Of a stretch of DNA of 64,000 nucleotides, positions 56,716-64,000 are shown in pieces (position 1 is the first letter of the stretch; each line of letters starts with the position of its first letter). Source of the stretch: Neisseriaceae bacterium. GTDB lineage: Bacteria > Pseudomonadota > Gammaproteobacteria > Burkholderiales > Neisseriaceae. A program made the translations under genes and the position numbers. Below the pieces are notes generated by a model, which saw nothing but the letters and a program-made list of their open reading frames with translations, searched no databases and was not told the DNA's origin. Location of the stretch: the NCBI GenBank assembly GCA_017458185.1, contig JAFTFY010000008.1, forward strand, positions 12,315-76,314, in the 5' to 3' direction.

Positions 56716-58656
56716 CTATACTCCGCTAACAGGCATTTCCCACGCAATCGCAATGGCGGAAAGCCAATCTTGTTCGCTGTTTGACAGCACTTCGTCAAAG
56801 TGAGCGATATTTTCTAATGCGGTTAAGATTTGTTGTTTATCTGTCGCTGACAAGCGGTCGAGTGTGTGTAGTAGACTGGATAAACGCCCTAATGGAATGT
56901 TGTCGCGATATGCTGTTAAGGGCAAGCCACATTCGGTTAAGGCTGCCTGAAAGGCTTGTTCGGCGTGGTGTCCGCTGTTGCTGTGTTGTGCGGTTAAGTT
57001 TAATAATTCAATGATTTCTGGTTTTAATTTATCTTTGCCAACAGGCGGCAAAAAGCCTGCCATCAGCGACATTTTCAGGCTGCCTGAAACGGCGGCATAA
57101 ACGCAATGTTCAAATAGGGTGATTTTGTCGTCTGATTTAATCACTTCTTGCAAAAAGTGTTTGTATTTATTGATATTTTCTTCGCCAATAATATTTAACC
57201 GCACATTCGGCAAGGCAACTGCCAACACCGCAAAACGGCGTTCATCAGGCAGAGCATGTTCTAATAAGTTTTTGATATTATTGTGTAATTCTTGGCTAAA
57301 TAATTCGGCAATATCCAAACATACTTTTTTATTATCGCTGTGGCGAGCCAGCATGGCAACCACAACCGCCGAAGCCTTTTCAGGCTGCCTTGCGGCGGCA
57401 AACCAGTAGGCTTCGTTCTCAACGGTTGTATCGTGTCTGCTTGCCCCGCCCATAAGCCCCAAAACTGCCGCCGTTGCCACTGTGTCATATACTATTTGAT
57501 GATTTTTATCAATCGTGGGGATAATTTCCAAATCATTGGGTGTTTTATAAGCGTTGCTGTCGCGAGAACCCAATATATGTGTAATTTTTGTTTGTTCTTC
57601 GTGTTCATATAATAAAGGTTCGTCCATATTGCTTAATGTTTCTTGGTTATCGGATAGAATTTTTTGAATGCGTTGTGCGGTATTCGGGTGCGTATGCAGC
57701 ATTTGAAATTCATAAATCGGATTATTGCCAAAAGTAAAAAGCAAATGTTCTAAATTTGTAGAAAAATCATCGGCAAATAAAATATATTTCCATTGCGGTT
57801 TTAAAGTTTTATTTAATGCAGAAGCCAAAGCATTGGGATAACGAGATAATTTAACCGCAATCGCGTCTATTTGAAAAACATTTTCACGGCAAATAATGGA
57901 TTTAATTATTTTGGCAGATAAATTACCTAAATATGCCACAATATACAATGGAAATAAAGCAATGGTTGTTAAGATTGTGCCAAAATAAGGGAGTAATTTA
58001 TTTTCTTGCTGGGTTTTAAGGTTTTGAATTTGCTTCATTGTATTCAAAAAATTTTTTTCTAAAAATGAATACAAAAATTGCAAACCAAATAAAACGCCGT
58101 ACATTAAAGTATTGAGCCGTGTGTAACCGTTAATAATTTGTGCCATTTCGTAGGCGATAACGGCTTGTAATTCATCGCGATTAAGATAATCCAAACAGCC
58201 TTGTGTGACACCAATCGCCATATCGGTCGGTTTTAGTCCTACGGCAAAAGCATTGATAGACGGTTCTTTGGCTAATACATAAATATGGGGAACAGGCACG
58301 CCTGCGGCGATTGCCATTTCTTCAACAATATTTTGTAATTGTGTTTTTCGGCTGTTATCTATTTCATTTAATAACGAGCCGCCTGCTTTATCAGATAGGC
58401 GGTTGCCTGTGGCGAGTAATTTTTTGACTTTATCAAATGACACGGAACAAATGGTTATAAAAAGTAGGATATTGATTGTGAGTAACGCGGGTAAGGACAT
58501 TCTGCCCCAAAAAGCCCAATCAATGGCTTTGGTGATGACAATCGTTAAAAGCAAAGATAACAGCAAAAACAAGGCGAACATAATTTTTTCTTGTTTTTGT
58601 GCTTGTTCTTGCTGTTTGTAAAAATTCATTGCCATTTTTGTTTCTCTCCTAAACAA
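56716..58656 (-). CDS. M48 (HtpX-like) peptidase-family membrane protein with a degenerate zinc motif and a large C-terminal domain
   Basis: The M48 layout is two TMs, then ..RDELQAVIAYEMAQIINGYTRLN.., then two TMs, then ..THPNTAQRI. YEMAQ occupies the place of HExxH. The C-terminal region of about 300 aa is uncharacterised. Confidence 0.8.
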   Translation of the reverse strand: MFRRETKMAMNFYKQQEQAQKQEKIMFALFLLLSLLLTIVITKAIDWAFWGRMSLPALLTINILLFITICSVSFDKVKKLLATGNRLSDKAGGSLLNEIDNSRKTQLQNIVEEMAIAAGVPVPHIYVLAKEPSINAFAVGLKPTDMAIGVTQGCLDYLNRDELQAVIAYEMAQIINGYTRLNTLMYGVLFGLQFLYSFLEKNFLNTMKQIQNLKTQQENKLLPYFGTILTTIALFPLYIVAYLGNLSAKIIKSIICRENVFQIDAIAVKLSRYPNALASALNKTLKPQWKYILFADDFSTNLEHLLFTFGNNPIYEFQMLHTHPNTAQRIQKILSDNQETLSNMDEPLLYEHEEQTKITHILGSRDSNAYKTPNDLEIIPTIDKNHQIVYDTVATAAVLGLMGGASRHDTTVENEAYWFAAARQPEKASAVVVAMLARHSDNKKVCLDIAELFSQELHNNIKNLLEHALPDERRFAVLAVALPNVRLNIIGEENINKYKHFLQEVIKSDDKITLFEHCVYAAVSGSLKMSLMAGFLPPVGKDKLKPEIIELLNLTAQHSNSGHHAEQAFQAALTECGLPLTAYRDNIPLGRLSSLLHTLDRLSATDKQQILTALENIAHFDEVLSNSEQDWLSAIAIAWEMPVSGV

Positions 58657-58814
58657 ATAACGCTTTAACTTCGTTGAAACTTCGGTTTGATGACTTCGTC
58701 ATCTACTTTTACAAACTTCGTTTGTAAAAGGTTGATATTTCGTATCAACTAAACCTTGTTTTCAGGCTGCCTGAAAAGGTATTCAGGCTGCCTGAAAAAG
58801 ATGATTGAATGAAA

Positions 58815-59420
58815 TTAAGCCGTAAAATCCACTTTGGGGGCAACCATAATGGCGGATTGTGGTTTGTCGTCAAATTCCAATAAAACGGCGTCTTTACGGT
58901 GTCTGAAAAGATAGGCAATGATATTGCAAGGGAAATATTGACGGAATACATTGTACTCGGTAACCATATCGTTGTAGAACTGACGAGCAAAACCAATGCG
59001 ATTTTCGGTTGAAGTGATTTCTTCATGCACCATAATCATTTGTTTATCGGCTTTCAGTTCTGGATAGTTTTCTATTACCATATTAAAACGCCCCAAAGCC
59101 GATTGTAAGCCTTGTTCCGCCGCCGCAAAAGTTTGCACCAATGTCGGGTCGGTGAGTGAATTTTTTAAACCTGACAAGCCTTTTGCTGCTCCATTGCGAG
59201 CGTCAATCACTTCTTGCAAGGTTTCGTGTTCGTGCTTTAAATATGCTTTTGCCGTTTCCACTAAATTGGGAATTAAATCGTGGCGGCGAATTAGTTGCAC
59301 TTCAATTTGTGCAAAGGCATTTTGAAAACGATTTTTTAACAATACCATGCGGTTGAAAATCACAATCACCACAACGGCAAGAGCCACCAATACAAGTAAA
59401 ATAACCGAAATAACGGACAT
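58815..59420 (-). CDS. lemA: LemA family protein
   Basis: The start is the ATG at 59420. An N-terminal TM is followed by NRFQNAFAQIEVQLIRRHDLIPNLVETAK and FYNDMVTEYN, which are LemA signatures. Confidence 0.9.
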   Translation of the reverse strand: MSVISVILLVLVALAVVVIVIFNRMVLLKNRFQNAFAQIEVQLIRRHDLIPNLVETAKAYLKHEHETLQEVIDARNGAAKGLSGLKNSLTDPTLVQTFAAAEQGLQSALGRFNMVIENYPELKADKQMIMVHEEITSTENRIGFARQFYNDMVTEYNVFRQYFPCNIIAYLFRHRKDAVLLEFDDKPQSAIMVAPKVDFTA

Positions 59421-59631
59421 TTTTATCACTCCTGTAACAAGTTGAAGATTAAAAGAAGTCTTTATTATAGACAAAAAATCTTTTCAGGCAGCCTGAAAAT
59501 GTTATTTTTTATATTTTTAAGCAATTTTTTGGGGATTTTTGCAACAGTTTGTCAATCATTTTTTCAGGCTGCCTGAAACGCATTAACTTATATTACAATA
59601 CCCCCTTAATTTTATACAGCAAGCAATCAAA

Positions 59632-62031
59632 ATGACGGAAATTCCAAACAACCATAACGAACAACTTTCATTAGGCGAATACGCCCAGCAGGCTTATTTG
59701 GCTTATGCGATGAGCGTGGTGCGTTCTCGGGCTTTGCCTGATGTGGCGGACGGTCAAAAGCCTGTGCAGCGGCGGATTTTGTATGCCATGCACGATATGC
59801 GTTTGAATGCGGGGGCGAAGCCTGTGAAATCTGCCCGTGTGGTGGGCGAGATTTTGGGGAAATATCACCCGCATGGGGACGCGTCTGCGTATGACGCTAT
59901 GGTGCGTATGGCACAGGATTTTACCCTGCGTTATCCTTTGATTGACGGTATCGGCAACTTTGGTTCGCGAGACGGCGATGGGGCGGCGGCAATGCGTTAT
60001 ACCGAAGCACGGCTCACACCGATTGCGTCTTTGTTGCTGTCGGAATTAGAACAAGGCACGGTGGATTTTATTCCTAATTATGACGGTGCGTTTGATGAGC
60101 CGTCTGTTTTGCCTGCTCGCTTGCCGTTTGTTTTATTGAATGGGGCAAGCGGTATTGCGGTGGGCTTGGCAACTGAAATTCCGCCACATAATTTGCGTGA
60201 AGTGGCAGCGGCTTCTGTGGCTTTATTGCGTAATCCAAATTTGCAAACCGCTGAAATACTGCAATATTTACCTGCACCTGATTTTCCAGGTGGCGGTCAG
60301 ATTATTTCTTCGCCTGATGAAATTGTGAAAATTTACGAAACAGGCAAAGGCTCAATTCGTGTGCGGGCAAGGTATGAAGTGGAAAAACTGGCACGCGGTC
60401 AGTGGCGGATTGTGGTATCCGAGTTACCGCCTGCTGTGTCGGCACAAAAAATCTTGGCACAAATTGAAGAGATGACCAACCCCAAACCGAAAGCGGGCAA
60501 AAAACAGTTAAGCCAAGAACAACAAAACACCAAGTCGCTTATGCTGTCGTTAATTGACAAGGTGCGTGATGATTCGGACAACGAATCGCCTGTGCGGTTA
60601 GTATTTGAACCTAAATCATCTCGTCTTGACCCTGATGAATTTATCAACACGCTAATGGCGAACACCGATTTAGAATGTAATTCGCCTGTAAATTTGGTGA
60701 TGATGGGGCAAAACGGCAAACCTGCCCAAAAAGGTTTGAAACAAATTTTGACAGAATGGTTGGCGTTTCGTGTGGCAACCGTTACACGCCGCTTGCAATT
60801 TCGTTTGAGTGAAGTACAAAAACGCATTCATATTTTGCAAGGCAGAATGACGGTTTTTTTGCATATTGATGAAGTCATCAAAGTTATTCGTGAATCGGAC
60901 GAACCCAAGCCAGAGTTAATGCGTGCCTTTGGTCTCACGGAAATTCAAGCCGAAGATATTTTAGAAATTCGTCTGCGGCAATTAGCACGATTAGAATGGA
61001 TTAAATTAGAAAGCGAATTAGCCAAATTACAAGAAGAAGAAGGCAACCTGAAACACTTATTAAGCGATGAAACAGCGAAAAAACGCTTAATTATCAAAGA
61101 AATACAAGACGATGCTAAACAATATGGCGATGACCGCCGCACGCTCGTAGAAGCCGCCGAACGCGCCGTATCCGTGCAAACGGTTGCGGACGAGCCGATT
61201 ACCATTATTCTGTCGCAAAAAGGCTGGGTTCGCACACGACAAGGGCATAATTTGGATTTATCGCAAATCACATTCAAAGACGGCGATGATTTGCGGCAAA
61301 CGGTTGAAAGCCGCACGGTTGCGGAAATTGTGCTGTTAGATAACTTGGGGCGTTCTTACACCGTTGCCGCCGCCGACATTCCAGGCGGACGCGGGGACGG
61401 CGTGCCGATTTCGTCTCTCATCGACTTACAAGCAGGTGCCCAAATCATCACCCTAATATCAGGGCTGCCTGAAAACCGATATTTGCTTGCAAATACAGGC
61501 GGTTACGGATTTATTTGTGCATTAGGCGATATGCTTTCCAAAGTCAAAGCAGGCAAAGTGCTGATGACTCTCAATGACAATGAAAAAATGCTGGTGCCGT
61601 GTGCCGTGCCCAACAGTTTCAGGCTGCCTGAAAATAATGATACCGTCATTGCGAGTGAGCCGCAAAGCGGCGAGCGTGGCAATCTCCTTATGTCGGAGCG
61701 TGTTCCCAATCTTTCAGGCAGCCTGAAAGTCTTGCTTGCCACAAGTGAGCCGAGAATACTTGCCTTTGACTTAACCGAATTACGGCAAATGAGTAAAGGT
61801 CGCGGCTTGCAATTAGTCAATCTGCCCGATAAAGAAACGCTCACCCACATTATTTTAACGGATAAAGAAGAATACACAGTCGAAAGCACAGGGCGGCGTG
61901 GTGCGGTGCATACCGACACCCTGCGTTTGTCCGATGTGCTGAATAAAAGAGCCAAAAAAGGCAAACCCATACACCTTTCAGGCAGCCTGAAAGCATTAAA
62001 TGTGGAACAAAAATGGGCAGAAATGCCGTAA
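59632..62031 (+). CDS. parC: DNA topoisomerase IV subunit A
   Basis: [32 protein letters not shown] (ParC-type PVQRRI) and the active-site region [10 protein letters not shown] are present. At 799 aa the protein is longer than usual because of an internal repeat module. Confidence 0.95.
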   Translation: MTEIPNNHNEQLSLGEYAQQAYLAYAMSVVRSRALPDVADGQKPVQRRILYAMHDMRLNAGAKPVKSARVVGEILGKYHPHGDASAYDAMVRMAQDFTLRYPLIDGIGNFGSRDGDGAAAMRYTEARLTPIASLLLSELEQGTVDFIPNYDGAFDEPSVLPARLPFVLLNGASGIAVGLATEIPPHNLREVAAASVALLRNPNLQTAEILQYLPAPDFPGGGQIISSPDEIVKIYETGKGSIRVRARYEVEKLARGQWRIVVSELPPAVSAQKILAQIEEMTNPKPKAGKKQLSQEQQNTKSLMLSLIDKVRDDSDNESPVRLVFEPKSSRLDPDEFINTLMANTDLECNSPVNLVMMGQNGKPAQKGLKQILTEWLAFRVATVTRRLQFRLSEVQKRIHILQGRMTVFLHIDEVIKVIRESDEPKPELMRAFGLTEIQAEDILEIRLRQLARLEWIKLESELAKLQEEEGNLKHLLSDETAKKRLIIKEIQDDAKQYGDDRRTLVEAAERAVSVQTVADEPITIILSQKGWVRTRQGHNLDLSQITFKDGDDLRQTVESRTVAEIVLLDNLGRSYTVAAADIPGGRGDGVPISSLIDLQAGAQIITLISGLPENRYLLANTGGYGFICALGDMLSKVKAGKVLMTLNDNEKMLVPCAVPNSFRLPENNDTVIASEPQSGERGNLLMSERVPNLSGSLKVLLATSEPRILAFDLTELRQMSKGRGLQLVNLPDKETLTHIILTDKEEYTVESTGRRGAVHTDTLRLSDVLNKRAKKGKPIHLSGSLKALNVEQKWAEMP
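61618..61727 (+). repeat. in-frame intragenic repeat module inside parC (DUS - CATTGCGAG/CGTGGCAATC hairpin - DUS)
   Basis: ttcaggctgcctgaa ... gtcattgcgagtgagccgcaaagcggcgagcgtggcaatctcc ... ttcaggcagcctgaa translates as [37 protein letters not shown]. Confidence 0.8.
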
Positions 62032-62109
62032 GATTTGATAAAAGCAAAAGTTTCAGGCAGCCTGAAAGCATATAATAAGCACTTTGAAAAGGCATTAGGA
62101 ATAATCTTT

Positions 62110-63726
62110 ATGTCTATATTTCGACAAGAAAGTTTTTCGGACGCCCTGTTTATCGAACGCGTCAAACGCAATGTGGAGTATCTGCCAAATTTAGTGGCAG
62201 TGATGCGGATTGCGATTGCGGTTGCGGTTTTGGTGTTTTATTTGTTGCAAAACAATAACAACACAGGCTCGGTGCATTTTGAACGCTTGCCCTTGTTTGC
62301 GTGGGAGAGTGTTTATACATTTTTTATTTTGGTTACGCTGTTTTTGCCACAAGTAAAAGCCGCTAAATTCAAAGGCATTTATCCGCTTGCCATTAACTTG
62401 ATGGACATTTTTATGATTGTCCTTTTAACCCATTTGGCAGGCGGTGTGGAAACAGGTTTTGGCATTTTTGTTCTGCCATTTATTGCCACAGCGTCTTTTA
62501 CCACAGGCGGACGCAATGCTTTGGCTTATGCGTCTTTTGCAACCATTTTGTTGTTTTTAACCAGTATCAGCCATTTTTGGCTTGCCGATGAGATGCAATC
62601 TGCTGTACAACAAGATATTATTGTGGCAGCGTTTTTGTCTTTGGCGTGCTTTTTTGTGGCACTGATGAGTGCGTACGGTTCGGTGAATATTCGCCGTGCA
62701 TTAAACACCATTTCGCGTAATGAAGAGCAAATTGCACAGTTGAGCAACCTGAACAAATTGGTGTTAGAACACGCCCAAGAAGGTTTAGTGGTACTCAATC
62801 ACACAGGTAAAGTGGTGTTGTTTAATAATCAAGCCAAAAACTATATGCCTGATTTATTTTTAGATCACACGCTTTCCGATTTCGACAGCATATTGGGGAT
62901 ATGGCAAGGGCATATTTATCAATCGTTTGATGAAATTTGCCATTGTTCGGGCAAGGAAATGCAAATTCACGCCGTGCCTTTAACCGAACAAGAACCGCCG
63001 TTATTGCTTTTGTCTATGCGTTCCTCCGAAGAAATTGACCGTGCCAGTCGCACCGACAAATTAGCGTCATTGGGGCAATTAACGGCAAATTTAGCCCACG
63101 AAATTCGCAATCCATTGGCAGCCATTAGCCAAGCCAATGAATTGATGTTAGAAAGTATGGCAACGGACGAAGATTCGCCTTACACTACTTTGGCGAATAT
63201 GATTGGTCATAATGTTAAACGCATTAACCGTATGGTGCAGGAAATTCAAGCCGTCAATCGTAGCGACCGTTTAGACAGAACCTATATTCAAGTCAGAAAA
63301 TATATGGAAGAATATTTGGCGGAATTTATCATATCGCACCCTGACGCACAAGGTTGTTTGGATATTCGCACCGAATGCGATGAGAGCGTGTATATTTATA
63401 TGGACGATGGGCATTTGCACCAGATTTTGGACAATCTGTTAAATAATGCGTGGAAATATTGCGATAAAGGCGAATATGCCATTCAGGTTGCCACACGATT
63501 AAAAAGCGAAACCCGTGAATTGGTGATTTCCATTGCCGACAATGGTCCTGGGATACCCAAAGAAAACGAGCAACGCATTTTTGAACCCTTTTTTACCACT
63601 TCAAGTGAAGGCACGGGTTTGGGTTTATATGTTGCCCAATCGCTTGCCATGGCGAATAATGCGGTGTTACGCTATCGTGGCACTTTGCGTAAATTTGAAT
63701 TGATTGTGAAAGCGGAATTAAGATGA
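62110..63726 (+). CDS. pilS: sensor histidine kinase, PilS-like (multi-TM N-terminus, PAS, HisKA, HATPase)
   Basis: The start is the ATG at 62110. Six TM segments are followed by LAHEIRNPL (H-box), DNLLNNAWKY (N-box), DNGPGIP and GTGLGL. The stop overlaps the start of the response-regulator gene (ATGA). Confidence 0.75.
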   Translation: MSIFRQESFSDALFIERVKRNVEYLPNLVAVMRIAIAVAVLVFYLLQNNNNTGSVHFERLPLFAWESVYTFFILVTLFLPQVKAAKFKGIYPLAINLMDIFMIVLLTHLAGGVETGFGIFVLPFIATASFTTGGRNALAYASFATILLFLTSISHFWLADEMQSAVQQDIIVAAFLSLACFFVALMSAYGSVNIRRALNTISRNEEQIAQLSNLNKLVLEHAQEGLVVLNHTGKVVLFNNQAKNYMPDLFLDHTLSDFDSILGIWQGHIYQSFDEICHCSGKEMQIHAVPLTEQEPPLLLLSMRSSEEIDRASRTDKLASLGQLTANLAHEIRNPLAAISQANELMLESMATDEDSPYTTLANMIGHNVKRINRMVQEIQAVNRSDRLDRTYIQVRKYMEEYLAEFIISHPDAQGCLDIRTECDESVYIYMDDGHLHQILDNLLNNAWKYCDKGEYAIQVATRLKSETRELVISIADNGPGIPKENEQRIFEPFFTTSSEGTGLGLYVAQSLAMANNAVLRYRGTLRKFELIVKAELR

Positions 63727-64000
63727 GCGATTTTAAATTACAAATGCAACACCCTGTTTTGGTGATTGATGACGAAGCCGATTTGCGGGCATTGCTGCAA
63801 ATGTCTTTAAGCAAAATGGGTTTGCAAGTGGAAACCGCCGCAGGTGTGGTTGAAGGCAAAAAGAAATTGTCCGAAAAAACCTACGATTTGGTTTTAACCG
63901 ATATGAAAATGCCAGACGGCAATGGTTTGGAAGTGGTTGAATTTGTTGCTAAAAATTCCGATACACCGATTGCGGTGATTACCGCTTTTGGTAACCCCAA
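63723..64000 (+). CDS. pilR: response regulator receiver domain (partial; NtrC/PilR-like)
   Basis: VLVIDDEADLR.., DLVLTDMKMPDGNGLE and PIAVITAFG are receiver motifs. The ORF is truncated by the window end, so the output domain is not visible. Confidence 0.7.
   Translation, partial: MSDFKLQMQHPVLVIDDEADLRALLQMSLSKMGLQVETAAGVVEGKKKLSEKTYDLVLTDMKMPDGNGLEVVEFVAKNSDTPIAVITAFGNP

Larger units (their letters stand above)
155..62066. repeat. DNA uptake sequence (DUS) family, palindromic 15-mer TTCAGGCWGCCTGAA (span runs from the first to the last perfect copy)
   Basis: Manual scan. Perfect copies with W=A start at 155, 1736, 3585, 8998, 9673, 10338, 10497, 11643, 13354, 18923, 19429, 19787, 23267, 24218, 30251, 31897, 31927, 33555, 34215, 34943, 37352, 40689, 44141, 46056, 48175, 50421, 51749, 53031, 54571, 55531, 59483, 61713, 61977, 62052. 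Perfect copies with W=T start at 11244, 11362, 11773, 14834, 15018, 16100, 16732, 17387, 18191, 21260, 23022, 26537, 33784, 38927, 40898, 41938, 42078, 42981, 44808, 45217, 48299, 50806, 51718, 53858, 57074, 58761, 58782, 59563, 61618. CTAC/TAGC-centre variants start at 9114, 13451, 21148, 23079, 23905, 24175, 38090, 45182, 51149. Copies with only the 12-mer start at 2364, 3164, 10965, 13687, 25559, 31386, 34119, 41161, 46258, 46829, 47476, 49251, 49732, 56940, 57379. Confidence 0.9.

Noticed and set aside
155-62066. The regularly recurring 15-17 nt palindromes might be CRISPR repeats.
   Set aside because: Their spacing is irregular, from 21 nt to several kb. Copies are scattered across the whole window, including inside genes. 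The unit is far shorter than CRISPR repeats and no cas genes are present. The motif matches known Neisseriaceae DUS dialects.

Overview
This 64 kb window looks like a chromosomal segment from a member of the Neisseriaceae. The best fit is the Simonsiella/Alysiella/Kingella branch. The inference rests on the repeat content: a very dense DNA-uptake-sequence (DUS) of the AGGCWGCCTGAA type and Correia-like 107-bp inverted-repeat elements. The backbone is ordinary housekeeping genes, mostly as single genes or short operons: carB, a five-gene type IV minor-pilin operon, rdgB, trmB, murB, purD, trpB, pdxH, pmbA, ftsK, hda, panD, hisG, panB, dsbA, zapE, folD, rlmE, yhbY, cmk, glyS, galU, grxC-secB, uppP, lemA, parC and a PilS/PilR-like two-component pair. 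There is one tRNA, tRNA-Ser(UGA). I saw no rRNA, CRISPR array, transposase or integrase.

The window is unusual in two ways.

1. Nearly every intergenic region is a mosaic of nested palindromic repeat families, and most of them are built around the DUS.
- The DUS itself is a 15-17 nt palindrome, so each copy reads as one DUS dialect on one strand and a second dialect on the other. I count about 63 perfect copies by hand.
- The other families are REP-like GTAGGG hairpins, Correia-like elements, two MITE-like families, arrays of short hairpins, and a roughly 200-380 bp palindromic element capped at both ends by TGAGCAR heptamer arrays that place stop codons in all three frames.
- DUS and repeat modules also sit in frame inside essential genes, most strikingly a roughly 110-nt module inside parC.

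2. Several short, visibly AT-rich accessory cassettes sit between conserved genes.
- A two-gene cassette next to tRNA-Ser carries a G8 tract that currently separates the second gene from its coupled start codon, so it is a candidate phase-variable module.
- An orphan DUF2971 gene.
- A protein made almost entirely of eukaryote-like leucine-rich repeats.
- A HigBA pair next to a divergent uracil-DNA-glycosylase-family gene.
- A BrnTA pair.
- A protein with ten 18-residue Arg/Asp/Tyr-rich repeats.

A promoter-plus-terminator unit with no ORF at 56.1-56.3 kb looks like a roughly 210-nt structured sRNA, possibly 6S-like. All functional calls come from reading the translated ORFs for motifs. No database search was possible.
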